Source: Daejeonella sp. (GTDB taxonomy: Bacteria; Bacteroidota; Bacteroidia; Sphingobacteriales; Sphingobacteriaceae). From it: a stretch of DNA of 64,000 bases. How positions within the stretch are numbered: the first letter of the stretch is position 1; each line of letters opens with the position of its first letter. Location of the stretch: NCBI GenBank assembly GCA_035631395.1, contig DASQIU010000045.1:12521-76520 (forward strand), written 5' to 3'. The notes beneath the pieces are model-generated. The model was given only the letters and a program-made list of their open reading frames with translations. It did not search any database and was not told the origin of the DNA. Below are positions 29,969 through 40,327 of this stretch, piece after piece. A program made the translations under genes and the position numbers.

Positions 29969-30544
29969 TTAGCTAGTAACAGGTTCTATTTTCATGGACG
30001 TGGTTTTGTGCTCATTCATCCGGATATACATTTTAGTTTTAAGAAGATTATTGAAAAAGAAATCCTCTTCATTCACGCATCGCTGCATCATTGCAGTTGT
30101 TTCAGGAAAATTGGTTTCATTCATGGCCTGTAATAATGCATTATAAATATAGCTTCTATAGATGCTTACTTCCAGCAATATGGATATCAATTCATAGTTA
30201 GCCTGGGGATTGTAGATGTTAAAATGATGAATGATTTTACCCATTTTGCTGATGATATTCTTGAAGGTTGGGTTTTGAGTCCGGCCAATGGTTAGTTTTA
30301 ATTCCTTTGCTATGTGGTCTAATCTGTTTAGGCGATCCATGATAACAGAAGTATGATCGCTCAGCATACTTTCTAAATCGCTTTGGCTAATCATATTCAC
30401 CAGGCGTGGTAGACGCTTTAAGCAATAACTTTCTGCTGAATAGATGGCTTTTAGATTTTGCACGTATTGATCAATATCCTGATTTATAAACCCTTCTGAT
30501 GATTTAAGAAATCCGGTTGGAAGTATGGAATTATTTTTTTTCAT
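29969..30544 (-). CDS. hypothetical helical protein, possibly DUF892/YciF-type ferritin-like
   Basis: 191 aa. IYSAESYCLKRLPRLVNMISQSDLESMLSDHTSVIMDRLNRLDHIAKEL resembles the first helix pair of DUF892 proteins. This is by eye only. Confidence 0.4.
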   Translation of the reverse strand: MKKNNSILPTGFLKSSEGFINQDIDQYVQNLKAIYSAESYCLKRLPRLVNMISQSDLESMLSDHTSVIMDRLNRLDHIAKELKLTIGRTQNPTFKNIISKMGKIIHHFNIYNPQANYELISILLEVSIYRSYIYNALLQAMNETNFPETTAMMQRCVNEEDFFFNNLLKTKMYIRMNEHKTTSMKIEPVTS

Positions 30545-30799
30545 ACCTAAAAAATTTTTGACAGGATAACCAATATAAAAAATTATTCTAATAGTTTAAA
30601 ATAAAAATTATTGATAAAATTTTAACGTTTACAAGTCGCCATTCAGTTTTGGGCTATAGGCACTCTAAACTGATAGCGATTAACAACTAACGAATACGAA
30701 TAATTTGTCGATATTTGAGACCATCGTATACGCTCTTTGTTTTAAAAACGAGAGAATACATACTCTGAATATCCTTTACCATTAATTTTTGAAAAAATC

Positions 30800-31333
30800 A
30801 TGAATTCTTTAAAAGCTATTTTAGCAGTAGTTACTTTCCCTTTAATGTTGGCCGCTTGCAGTCAGAATAAAGTTTCTGAGCATGAGGCAAATGAAAAAAC
30901 GGCTAATGCTGTCACACAGACCGTAACTTTACAAAATGATACCACGAATCAGGTTTTTAGTAGCTATAATGCTTTGAAAGATGCATTAGTTGCTTCCAAT
31001 GCCGACGAAGCGCAAAAAGAAGCATCTGAGCTGGCTACTGCTTTATCTAAAGTTTCAGGCAGTGAAAATCCCACAAAAATAGCGCATCGCATCGCTTCCT
31101 CTATTGATCTGGCTCAGCAAAGAGCTGATTTTACCAATCTGAGTGATGAGGTGATTGCTTTAATGAAAAAGGCACAAGTATCCCAAGGCACAATTTTTAT
31201 TCAATACTGCCCAATGGCCAATGCCGGAAAAGGTGGTTATTGGATGGCTGCAGATAGCGAAGTAAGAAATCCTTACTATGGTGATGAAATGCTAAACTGC
31301 GGTGAAGTGAAAGAGGAGATTAAAAGCAAGTAA
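30800..31333 (+). CDS. DUF3347-like lipoprotein
   Basis: 177 aa. Lipobox LAAC. The helical segment YNALKDALVASNADEAQKEASELATAL and the C-terminal YCPMA...YWM..........NPYYG..ML.CG are typical of DUF3347. Confidence 0.6.
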   Translation: MNSLKAILAVVTFPLMLAACSQNKVSEHEANEKTANAVTQTVTLQNDTTNQVFSSYNALKDALVASNADEAQKEASELATALSKVSGSENPTKIAHRIASSIDLAQQRADFTNLSDEVIALMKKAQVSQGTIFIQYCPMANAGKGGYWMAADSEVRNPYYGDEMLNCGEVKEEIKSK

Positions 31334-31525
31334 TTTAAATTTTTCTAATAAAGTAAATCAGCACTTTTTTTTTAGGAAAAGCGATAAAAGTTTTGGAAGT
31401 TTTTCTTTGGCTAAACAGAACTTAACTTAAGGTTGTTTTTTAACAGAAATATTGCAAAAGCTTTATTGAATCTTAGCTCAAAATAAACAGATTTAATTAT
31501 TTTTGGCTTTCAACATAATCTAAAA

Positions 31526-32812
31526 ATGTCAGAAACAGCATCTTTAAAAATAGGCGAAAATACATACGACCTTCCTGTAATTACAGGTACCGAAAATGAA
31601 AAAGCTTTAGATATTGCCAAGCTTCGCGATTTGAGTGGTTATATCACTCTTGATTCAGGATATAAAAATACCGGTGCTACCAAAAGCGCAATCACTTTTT
31701 TGGATGGCGAAAAAGGGATTTTGAAATACCGGGGTTATCCTATTGAGCAATTGGCTGAAAAATCAACATTTATAGAAGTAGCTTATTTGTTGATCTATGG
31801 CGAGTTGCCTACTCAGGCTCAGTTAGATCAGTTTCAGTCTACTATTTCCAGACATACCCTGGTGCATGAGGATATGAAAAAGTTTTTTGATGGTTTTCCT
31901 TCAAAATCTCATCCAATGGGCCAGCTTTCTTCTTTAGTTTGCTCACTTTCAGCATTTTATCCAGAATCATTAAATGCCCAGCAAACTCCTGAGGAGCAGA
32001 ATTTAACCATAATTAAATTGTTGGCTAAAATGTCAACCATCGTTTCCTGGATCTATAAAAAATCATTAGGACATCCGATTATATACCCAAGAAACAACCT
32101 CGATTATGTATCTAATTTCTTGAACATGACCTTTGGTCAGCGTACTGAGGATGTAGAAATTGATCCGGTTGTGGTTTCGGCCATGAACGTTTTGTTGATT
32201 TTGCATGCAGACCACGAGCAGAACTGTTCTACTTCTACCGTACGTATGGTAGGATCTTCAGACTGCAACCTGTATGCTTCTATTTCTGCCGGTATTTCCG
32301 CCTTATGGGGACCACTGCATGGCGGAGCCAACCAGGCGGTAATTGAAATGTTGGAGAAAATCAAAGCCGATGGAGGAGACACTGAAAAATGGATCAAAAA
32401 AGCCAAAGATAAAAACGATGGTTTCCGTTTAATGGGCTTTGGCCACCGGGTATATAAAAACTTTGACCCACGGGCAAAGATCATTAAAAAAGCCTGCGAT
32501 GATGTGTTGGCTAAATTAGGTATTAATGATCCGGTTCTGGATATTGCCAAAAAACTAGAAGAAGCCGCTTTAAATGATCCATACTTTGTAGAGCGTAAAT
32601 TATATCCAAATGTGGATTTCTATTCCGGAATTATTTACCGTGCTTTAGGTTTCCCAACTGATATGTTTACCGTTCTGTTTGCATTAGGTCGTTTACCAGG
32701 ATGGGTTGCCCAATGGAAAGAAATGCGTGACAACAAAGAGCCAATTGGCCGGCCACGTCAAATTTATACTGGCGAAGTAAATCGTAATATTGTAGAAATT
32801 AGTAAACGCTAA
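31526..32812 (+). CDS. gltA: citrate synthase
   Basis: 428 aa. LILHADHEQNCSTST and GFGHRVYKNFDPRA contain the catalytic His/Asp motifs. Confidence 0.95.
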   Translation: MSETASLKIGENTYDLPVITGTENEKALDIAKLRDLSGYITLDSGYKNTGATKSAITFLDGEKGILKYRGYPIEQLAEKSTFIEVAYLLIYGELPTQAQLDQFQSTISRHTLVHEDMKKFFDGFPSKSHPMGQLSSLVCSLSAFYPESLNAQQTPEEQNLTIIKLLAKMSTIVSWIYKKSLGHPIIYPRNNLDYVSNFLNMTFGQRTEDVEIDPVVVSAMNVLLILHADHEQNCSTSTVRMVGSSDCNLYASISAGISALWGPLHGGANQAVIEMLEKIKADGGDTEKWIKKAKDKNDGFRLMGFGHRVYKNFDPRAKIIKKACDDVLAKLGINDPVLDIAKKLEEAALNDPYFVERKLYPNVDFYSGIIYRALGFPTDMFTVLFALGRLPGWVAQWKEMRDNKEPIGRPRQIYTGEVNRNIVEISKR

Positions 32813-32833
32813 TTTTTAAGAAAATAAGAGTGA

Positions 32834-32866
32834 AAAGACTGTTCGATAAGAGCAGTCTTTTTTTAT
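32834..32866 (+). terminator. terminator after gltA
   Basis: The aagactg/cagtctt stem is followed by ttttttt. Confidence 0.55.
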
Positions 32867-33005
32867 GGTCAATTTTTCGGTGATAAAATAGACGCTGAAA
32901 TTTCTATCCCTGCAGAAAAAAAATCAATGAGGGAGGTTGAATTTTAGGCATCTCGAAGCCCTACAACGATTACAGCAGGGCATCAATTCCATAAAAATAA
33001 CATTG

Positions 33006-33037
33006 CAAAAAAAAGCCGCTCCTTTTTGGAACGGCTT
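33006..33037 (-). terminator. terminator after dnaB
   Basis: The minus strand reads agccgttccaaaaaggagcggct followed by tttttttt. The stem has one mismatch. Confidence 0.6.
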
Positions 33038-33048
33038 CTATAAAAATC

Positions 33049-34614
33049 TTAAAACGGAGGTTCTTCATCCAAATCATCCATACGGGAAGGGCGGATAATG
33101 AAGTTTCCGGGTTTCTCAAAATCCGGGGACGGGGCCATAGCGGCGAATGGATCTGCCTGGCTAAAAGAACTTGGCGCTGAAAAATCTTCTTCCAGATCGG
33201 TAAATTTCACAAACTTGCCCACAAAGCGTAATGGAACGGTAGCGGTTTCACCGTTACGGTGCTTAGCAATAATTACCTCGCCAATACCCACGGTAGAACG
33301 TCCTTCTTCATCTTCGGTTAAACCATAATATTCCGGACGGTACAGGAATAATACCATGTCGGCATCCTGCTCAATAGATCCAGATTCACGTAAATCTGAA
33401 AGCATAGGCTTCTTTTGGGCTCCTGGACGGGTTTCAACGGCACGGCTTAACTGCGAAAGAGCAATTACCGGTACGTTTAACTCTTTAGCCACCGATTTTA
33501 ATGCCCTGGAAATACTACCAATTTCCTGTTCACGATTTCCACCTTTTCCCTCGCCTTTGCCATGCATCAACTGCAAATAATCGATAATGATCATTTGAAT
33601 ATCATACTGCGCTTTTAAGCGTCGGCATTTGGCCCGGAATTCGAAAATATTCAGTGCCGGAGTATCGTCAATAAATAGGGGAGCTTCGGTAAGTTTACCG
33701 ATTTTAGAATGCAGCTGTTGCCATTCCCACTCCGCTAAATTTCCTTTACGCAGTTTTTCCTGTTCAATTTCAGCTTCCCCGGCAATTAAACGGTTAACCA
33801 ACTGCACCGATGACATCTCTAAGGAGAAAACCACCACCGGTTTATTAAACTGAACCGCGGCATTACGGGCGCAACTTAATACAAAGGCTGTTTTACCCAT
33901 GGCCGGGCGGGCAGCAATAATAACTAAATCGGAGGGTTGCCAGCCAGAAGTGATTCGGTCTAAAGCAGTAAAACCAGAAGCAACACCTGTTAAACCATCT
34001 ACACGATCTTTGATTTTTTCCAGATTGTCCAGAGATTCGCGAATAATGTCGTCCATTTTACGTGAATCACGACGCAGGTTATTCTGGGCAATATCAAACA
34101 GGTTTTTCTCGGCATTGTCTAATAAATCGAAAATATCCGTCGTGTCTTCATAGGCATTATTGATAATTTCGGTCGATATCCGGATTAGCTCCCGCTGAAT
34201 AAATTTTTGAGAAATGATCCGGGCATGAAATTCAATATTGGCCGCCGAAGCAACACGATTGGTTAATTCGGTAATATAATAAGCGCCACCAATCATTTCC
34301 AGATCTCCCTGTTGGCGCAATTGGGCTGTTACCGTTAGAATATCTACCGGCGAAGATTTTTGGAATAAGGCATGGATAGCCTCAAATATTTTTTGATGAC
34401 TGTCTTTATAAAAAACATCAGGTTTTAAAATATCAATTACGGCAGAAAGTGCGTCTTTTTCAAGCATGAGGGCACCTAAAACAGCCTCTTCTAAGTCAAC
34501 GGCCTGTGGCGGTAATTTTCCCAGGCCACTGGTCAAATTACTTAAACGGGCACGACGATCTGCTGCCAAAGGGTTTTTGTTTCGGCTAAAATCCTGATCC
34601 TTTTCTAAACTCAT
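33049..34614 (-). CDS. dnaB: replicative DNA helicase DnaB
   Basis: PPQAVDLEEAVLGALML; Walker A AARPAMGKTAF; IIDYLQLM. Start trimmed to the ATG (MSLEKDQ); the track uses an upstream TTG. Confidence 0.95.
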   Translation of the reverse strand: MSLEKDQDFSRNKNPLAADRRARLSNLTSGLGKLPPQAVDLEEAVLGALMLEKDALSAVIDILKPDVFYKDSHQKIFEAIHALFQKSSPVDILTVTAQLRQQGDLEMIGGAYYITELTNRVASAANIEFHARIISQKFIQRELIRISTEIINNAYEDTTDIFDLLDNAEKNLFDIAQNNLRRDSRKMDDIIRESLDNLEKIKDRVDGLTGVASGFTALDRITSGWQPSDLVIIAARPAMGKTAFVLSCARNAAVQFNKPVVVFSLEMSSVQLVNRLIAGEAEIEQEKLRKGNLAEWEWQQLHSKIGKLTEAPLFIDDTPALNIFEFRAKCRRLKAQYDIQMIIIDYLQLMHGKGEGKGGNREQEIGSISRALKSVAKELNVPVIALSQLSRAVETRPGAQKKPMLSDLRESGSIEQDADMVLFLYRPEYYGLTEDEEGRSTVGIGEVIIAKHRNGETATVPLRFVGKFVKFTDLEEDFSAPSSFSQADPFAAMAPSPDFEKPGNFIIRPSRMDDLDEEPPF

Positions 34615-34717
34615 AACAACAAAAATATACAAAAAAGCCTGTGTAAGTTTTTTAATTCTTCACAGGAAATTTCTCAGTAAAATTACACGGCTGATATTCA
34701 TGCTTCTATCGATCAGG

Positions 34718-34726
34718 TTTTCCACA
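34718..34726 (+). promoter_or_regulatory. DnaA-box-like 9-mer ttttccaca
   Basis: Fits the relaxed TTWTNCACA consensus. One mismatch to TTATCCACA. Confidence 0.3.
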
Positions 34727-34788
34727 GCAAATGTTAACATCTTACTAAAATCAACCCCAATTATTTAATTTATAACTAGTTATAATTT

Positions 34789-34797
34789 TGTGGATAA
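34789..34797 (-). promoter_or_regulatory. perfect DnaA box (TTATCCACA on the minus strand)
   Basis: The plus strand reads tgtggataa. It overlaps a TAatTTTG -7-like box at 34783-34790, upstream of rlmB. Confidence 0.4.
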
Positions 34798-34899
34798 GTT
34801 TTTTAGATGTGCATAATCCAGACCATTCTTAGGTTAAGGAGAATGAGCTCCCGCAAAAAGTTAAATTATAGCTATCTTGGCGCCCTAATTTTAATATCA

Positions 34900-35685
34900 A
34901 TGAATACCCACTCATTCCGGAGTAAACGTGAGCATGCACCACGGGAATCTAATCAGATGGTTTTTGGCATACGAGCCGTTATAGAAGCCCTTAAAAGCGG
35001 CAAAGAAATTGAAAGCTTGTACCTGCAAAGAGGACTTACCGGAAATATTTTCCAGGAACTGCGAGTTATTTTAAAAGAGCACGAGATCAGCGTTCAACTG
35101 GTGCCGGTAGAAAAGTTGAACCGCCTGACACAGAAAAACCACCAGGGAGTAGTGGCTTTTATTTCCCCCATTACTTATCAGAAAATTGAGGATATTATTC
35201 CGGAAATCTATGAAAAAGGTGAGACCCCACTGATTTTAATGTTGGATGGAATTACCGACGTTAGGAATATGGGCGCTATTGCCCGCACCGCCGAATGTGC
35301 CGGCGTACATGCCATAGTGGTGCCTTCTAAAGGTTCGGCGCAGATTAATCCGGATGCTATTAAAACTTCTGCTGGTGCTTTGTACAAAATACCGGTTTGC
35401 CGCCATGAGAGTATGCAGAAAACGGCCCGCTTTTTACAGGAATCAGGATTACAATTGGTGGCCTGCACAGAAAAAACCAATGAATTTCTGTACAAGCCAG
35501 ATTATAGTGTGCCAACAGCCATAATTATGGGATCTGAAGAAGATGGAATATCTACAGAACTAATCCGTATATCTGACCATTTGGCTAAAATCCCAATGTT
35601 TGGAGAAATTGAATCCCTGAATGTATCCGTATCAGCCGGAATTTTATTGTATGAAGCTGTACGTCAACGGACGATTACTAAATAA
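34900..35685 (+). CDS. rlmB: 23S rRNA (guanosine-2'-O)-methyltransferase RlmB (SpoU/TrmH family)
   Basis: MLDGITDVRNMGAIARTAECAG, GSEEDGIS and ESLNVSVSAGILLYE. Start trimmed to MNTHSF; the track extends to 34807. Confidence 0.85.
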   Translation: MNTHSFRSKREHAPRESNQMVFGIRAVIEALKSGKEIESLYLQRGLTGNIFQELRVILKEHEISVQLVPVEKLNRLTQKNHQGVVAFISPITYQKIEDIIPEIYEKGETPLILMLDGITDVRNMGAIARTAECAGVHAIVVPSKGSAQINPDAIKTSAGALYKIPVCRHESMQKTARFLQESGLQLVACTEKTNEFLYKPDYSVPTAIIMGSEEDGISTELIRISDHLAKIPMFGEIESLNVSVSAGILLYEAVRQRTITK

Positions 35686-36760
35686 AATCAGTTCCAAAGC
35701 GCTGTTTTACATCGGTAACTATCCGTCGCACATCCTGCTCCTGATCGCGGGGGCAGATTAAAAGGGTGTTATTATCTTCCACCACAATATAATCATGTAA
35801 ACCCTGCAACACAACCAGCTTGTTTTCAGGCACATTGACTATACAGTTTGAAGAATCGTACATAATTACTCTATCGGAAGGCGTTACCGCGTTTCCTACA
35901 TAATCTTTTTCAGAAAGTTCATATACTGAGGCCCAGGTTCCTAAATCAGACCAGCCAAAATCTGCAGGAAGTACATACACATTATCAGCTTTTTCCATGA
36001 TGCCATAGTCAATAGAAATATTGGTACACTGGTAATAAGCCGCTTGAATAAATTCCTGCTCACGCGAGGTATTATAAACCAGGTTTCCTTCTTTAAAAAC
36101 ATCGTTTATTTCGGGCAAGTAGTTGGCAAAAGCCTGTAAAATATTTTTAGCCGACCATACAAAAATGCCTGCGTTCCATAAAAATTCGCCACTTTGAACA
36201 AATGCACGGGCCAATTCCAGGTTAGGCTTTTCTGTAAAGGTTTTTACTTTATAAAAACTTTCATCAATGGTTGCAGAGTTGAATTGAATATAGCCATAGC
36301 CGGTATCGGGCCTTGAAGGTTTGATACCTAATGTAAGCAGGCAATCATGTGTAGAGGCCGTTTGTAAAGATTGTTTAATGCTTTCAACAAAGCTCTCATT
36401 ATCAACAATCAAATGATCTGAAGGAGCAACTACAATGCAGGCATCAGGATTTAATTTATAAATTTTATGACAGCCATAAGCAATACATGGAGCAGTATTG
36501 CGCATAATTGGCTCGGCCAATATTTGATTTTCGTCTAATTGAGGCAATTGCTCTTTTACCAAATCCACATAGGCTTCATTGGTTACAATAAAGATATTTT
36601 CTGCCGGTAAAATTTTAAGAAAACGCTCATAAGTGTGTTGGATCAGGGTTTTTCCTGTGCCTAGAATATCAATAAATTGCTTGGGGAAAGCGGTCCGGCT
36701 GATGGGCCAAAAACGGCTGCCAATTCCCCCCGCCATAATTAAAGCGTAGTTATCTTTCAT
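35678..36760 (-). CDS. mannose-1-phosphate guanylyltransferase
   Basis: 360 aa. The N-terminal nucleotidyltransferase motif is MAGGIGSRFWPISRTAFPKQF. Confidence 0.85.
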   Translation of the reverse strand: MKDNYALIMAGGIGSRFWPISRTAFPKQFIDILGTGKTLIQHTYERFLKILPAENIFIVTNEAYVDLVKEQLPQLDENQILAEPIMRNTAPCIAYGCHKIYKLNPDACIVVAPSDHLIVDNESFVESIKQSLQTASTHDCLLTLGIKPSRPDTGYGYIQFNSATIDESFYKVKTFTEKPNLELARAFVQSGEFLWNAGIFVWSAKNILQAFANYLPEINDVFKEGNLVYNTSREQEFIQAAYYQCTNISIDYGIMEKADNVYVLPADFGWSDLGTWASVYELSEKDYVGNAVTPSDRVIMYDSSNCIVNVPENKLVVLQGLHDYIVVEDNNTLLICPRDQEQDVRRIVTDVKQRFGTDFI

Positions 36761-36837
36761 TAGCGAATATTTTTAATGGGAGCCAGGCTTCCATGTGCTT
36801 TTTGATAAAGTGTAAGTAGATTCTGCCGGATAGGTCA

Positions 36838-37803
36838 TTAAATAATGCCTTCTTTTAAAAGGTCGTGTAAATGAACAAATCCTGCATATTTATTTTCCGA
36901 GCTGACTAATATCTGGGTAATATTATTAGTTCGCAAAATTTCCAGGGCATGAACTGCTAATTCATCCTTATCTACGCATTTTGGAGATTTCCCCATAATA
37001 TCGGCTGCTGTTAGTCCGTCTATGCTGTTATGAACCTCCATCATCCGGCGTATGTCGCCATCAGTAATAATGCCTTTAATTTCTTCATTTTCAACAACCG
37101 CTACGGCGCCCAGGCGATTCCGGGTAATTTCTATAAGCACTTCTTTAACCGATGCGCTTGGTTTTACCTTGGGTTTCTCATTATGAACAGACAAATCTCC
37201 AACCTTTAAATACAAACGTTTACCCAAAGAGCCTCCAGGATGATAGCGGGCAAAATCAGCACTGGTAAATTCCCGGCTTTCCAATAAACAAACCGCCAGG
37301 GCATCGCCCATGGCTAATTGGGCCGTGGTGCTGGTAGTAGGAGCCAGATTAAGCGGGCAGGCTTCCACATCAATGGTAGTATCCAGAATTAAATCGGCTT
37401 GCTTGGCCAAAAAAGAATTGATATCGCCAACCATACCTACCAGGGTGTTACCGGCAAGCTTTAATAAGGGCGTGAGTACTTTAATTTCGGGAGTGTTGCC
37501 GCTTTTGGAGATACAGATCACCAAATCGTCTTTTTGAATCATGCCTAAATCGCCATGAATGGCATCGGCGGCATGCATAAAAATTGCCGGAGTGCCCGTA
37601 GAATTTAGGGTGGCTACAATTTTCTGAGCAATGATGGCACTCTTGCCAATACCTGTAACAATTACGCGACCATTTAAGTATAATATGCGTTGTACTACCT
37701 TTGGAAAATCATCGTTTATCTGTGTTGAAAGCCTTGTGATTCCTTCAGCTTCAATACGGAGTGTTTTTTGTGCTATTTCTAGAATTTCAGAATTGGTTTT
37801 CAA
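36838..37803 (-). CDS. kdsD: arabinose-5-phosphate isomerase (KpsF/GutQ family)
   Basis: 321 aa. SIS domain (VTGIGKSAIIAQK, ISKSGNTPE) followed by tandem CBS domains. Confidence 0.88.
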   Translation of the reverse strand: MKTNSEILEIAQKTLRIEAEGITRLSTQINDDFPKVVQRILYLNGRVIVTGIGKSAIIAQKIVATLNSTGTPAIFMHAADAIHGDLGMIQKDDLVICISKSGNTPEIKVLTPLLKLAGNTLVGMVGDINSFLAKQADLILDTTIDVEACPLNLAPTTSTTAQLAMGDALAVCLLESREFTSADFARYHPGGSLGKRLYLKVGDLSVHNEKPKVKPSASVKEVLIEITRNRLGAVAVVENEEIKGIITDGDIRRMMEVHNSIDGLTAADIMGKSPKCVDKDELAVHALEILRTNNITQILVSSENKYAGFVHLHDLLKEGII

Positions 37804-37908
37804 GACACACTGTTTTATTTATTGCAAATTAGGGCAAAAGTATGCTATTTTATATATAATTTTAACCTTTTGAATTTTTAGTACCTCTTTCCCAATTTTT
37901 CCAGCAAA

Positions 37909-40095
37909 ATGGAGATTAACAAATCATTATTTGACAATTTACAGAACTTCTTTGGTTTCGATAACTTTAAAGGCGATCAGGAAGCGATTATAACCAGTAT
38001 TCTTCAGAAAAAAGACACTTTTGTGATTATGCCTACCGGTGGCGGCAAATCCATTTGCTATCAATTGCCGGCTTTAATGAGCGATGGAATAGCGATTGTG
38101 ATTTCCCCGCTCATTGCATTAATGAAAAATCAGGTCGACCAGTTACGGGCTTTTGGCGGTTCAGACAGCATTGCCCATTTCTTAAACTCATCTTTAAATA
38201 AATCTGAAATTATCCGGGTTAAAGAGGATGTAACCAGTGGCGCTACCAAGCTTTTGTACGTAGCTCCAGAATCCTTAACTAAAATTGAGAACGTAGAGTT
38301 TTTAAGAGGTATAACGGTTTCGTTTGTGGCAGTGGATGAGGCGCACTGTATTTCTGAGTGGGGGCATGATTTCCGGCCTGAATACCGTAAAATACGTCAG
38401 GTTATTAATAATATAGGCGAAAACATCCCCATTATTGCCCTAACGGCTACTGCAACTCCTAAGGTGCAGCAGGATATCCAGAAAAACCTGCAAATGAATA
38501 ATGCCGCCGTTTTTAAATCGTCTTTCAACCGGGCCAATTTATTTTATGAGGTACGGGCCAAGCGTGATGTGCTGAAAGAAATTATCCGGTATGTAAAGTC
38601 TCAGGAAGGAAAATCAGGTATAATTTATTGTTTAAGCCGTAAAAAGGTTGAAGAAGTTGCCGAGGCTTTGCGCTTAAATGGCATTAAAGCTTTACCTTAT
38701 CATGCCGGATTGGATCCAAAAACCCGGGCCGAAACCCAGGATAATTTCCTGATGGAAGAGGTGGATGTAATTGTAGCTACTATTGCTTTCGGGATGGGAA
38801 TTGATAAACCGGATGTTCGCTATGTAATTCACCATGATATTCCTAAAAGCATGGAAGGATATTATCAGGAAACCGGCCGTGCTGGTAGAGATGGTGGTGA
38901 AGGTGTTTGTGTGGCTTTTTATTCCCAGAAAGATATTGATAAGCTCACCAAGTTTATGAAAGATAAACCGGTATCAGAGCGTGAAATTGGTACTCAGATA
39001 TTGAAAGAGGTAATTGATTACGCGGAATCGTCTGTTTGCCGCCGTAAACAAATACTACATTACTTTGGCGAGAATTTTAACGAAACCGGTTGTAACAGTA
39101 TGTGCGATAATTGCCGCCATACCAAAACCTATTTTGCCGCCGAAGAATCCTTACAACAAGTGCTGAAACTGATTGAAAATTTGGGTGAAAAATTTGACGA
39201 TCAGTATATTCTAAATTTGATGATGGGAGTGGAGAATGCACAAATTGTATCCTACAAGCATGAAAAGCTTCCAATTTTTGGTTCGGGAAAAGAAAAAGGA
39301 GAGATTCTGTGGCGATCCTTACTTCGCCAGGCGGTTTTGAATAATTATCTGCAAAAAGACGTAGATAATTATGGATTGCTGAAATTAACCAAATCTGGTA
39401 AAGCCTTTATTCAGTCTCCACATGCCATTAAATTTCTCCTGAACACTCCAATTGAAAGTGGGGATGATGAGCAGGAGGAAAACCGCCAACAAACCGGAGC
39501 TTTAGACAGCCATTTGCTGATGATGCTGAGCGATCTTCGTAAAAAAATTGCCAAGCAGCATAATTTGCCACCATTTGTAATTTTCCAAGATCCTTCTTTG
39601 GAAGAAATGTGTACGCATTATCCTATTTCTACAGATGAATTAAAGCAAATACAGGGAGTAGGTGCGGGAAAGGCCTTAAAATTTGGAAAACCATTTATTG
39701 AATTGATCAAATTTTACGTAGAAGAGAATAATATCGACCGCCCGATTGACTTAGTGATTAAAACCACCGCCAATAAATCGGCCTTAAAAGTTTCCATTAT
39801 TCAAAACATTGACCGTCAAATTGCATTAGAAGATATAGCTTCCTCAAAAGGAATGTCGTATGAAGAAATTCTGAAAGAGGTTGAAACCATTGTGAACTCC
39901 GGCACCAAACTGAATCTGAATTATTATATCGATGAGATGATTGATGAAGATCGTCAGGAGGAGGTTTATGATTATTTCCGTACTTCTGAAATTGATTCTA
40001 TTGATGCCGCTTTGCGGGAATTAGGCGATGATGATTATTCACGGGAAGAAATTCAGTTAATGCGTATCAAGTTTTTATCAGAAATGGGTAACTAA
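37909..40095 (+). CDS. recQ: ATP-dependent DNA helicase RecQ
   Basis: 728 aa. MPTGGGKS, DEAH (VDEAHCISEWGHDFRPEY), the zinc-finger CRR...CDNC, and RQC and HRDC regions. Confidence 0.95.
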   Translation: MEINKSLFDNLQNFFGFDNFKGDQEAIITSILQKKDTFVIMPTGGGKSICYQLPALMSDGIAIVISPLIALMKNQVDQLRAFGGSDSIAHFLNSSLNKSEIIRVKEDVTSGATKLLYVAPESLTKIENVEFLRGITVSFVAVDEAHCISEWGHDFRPEYRKIRQVINNIGENIPIIALTATATPKVQQDIQKNLQMNNAAVFKSSFNRANLFYEVRAKRDVLKEIIRYVKSQEGKSGIIYCLSRKKVEEVAEALRLNGIKALPYHAGLDPKTRAETQDNFLMEEVDVIVATIAFGMGIDKPDVRYVIHHDIPKSMEGYYQETGRAGRDGGEGVCVAFYSQKDIDKLTKFMKDKPVSEREIGTQILKEVIDYAESSVCRRKQILHYFGENFNETGCNSMCDNCRHTKTYFAAEESLQQVLKLIENLGEKFDDQYILNLMMGVENAQIVSYKHEKLPIFGSGKEKGEILWRSLLRQAVLNNYLQKDVDNYGLLKLTKSGKAFIQSPHAIKFLLNTPIESGDDEQEENRQQTGALDSHLLMMLSDLRKKIAKQHNLPPFVIFQDPSLEEMCTHYPISTDELKQIQGVGAGKALKFGKPFIELIKFYVEENNIDRPIDLVIKTTANKSALKVSIIQNIDRQIALEDIASSKGMSYEEILKEVETIVNSGTKLNLNYYIDEMIDEDRQEEVYDYFRTSEIDSIDAALRELGDDDYSREEIQLMRIKFLSEMGN

Positions 40096-40099
40096 ACCA

Positions 40100-40327
40100 A
40101 TGTTAACTAAATTTAGAATACGGCTCTACTTAGCAATTATTGGCATGCTGGTGTTGTCTATTCTAATGTCCCGTTTTTATTCATTAGGAGATTTAAGCAT
40201 TCAAATTTTTGATTCCAGAGTGGTGGTGCCATATAGCGCTATAATCTTCCTAGTTTTATTTTTTTTGTACTTAATTATTGAAACCCTTTATAAATCCAGG
40301 CTTGAAAAAAATGACTCAAATAATTAG
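40100..40327 (+). CDS. possible small two-TM membrane protein
   Basis: 75 aa with two hydrophobic helices. It overlaps the kdsA start by 17 nt. No other support. Confidence 0.3.
   Translation: MLTKFRIRLYLAIIGMLVLSILMSRFYSLGDLSIQIFDSRVVVPYSAIIFLVLFFLYLIIETLYKSRLEKNDSNN

Noticed and set aside
34640-34800. Calling this region oriC
   Set aside because: It has only one perfect and one or two relaxed DnaA boxes. No dnaA gene is nearby, and I cannot compute GC skew. It is kept only as a low-interest regulatory observation.
35678-35685. 8-nt overlaps of convergent gene ends (rlmB with the guanylyltransferase gene; also 57440-57447, nuclease with MFS)
   Set aside because: Short 3'-3' overlaps are common in compact genomes. 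No structure or motif is associated.
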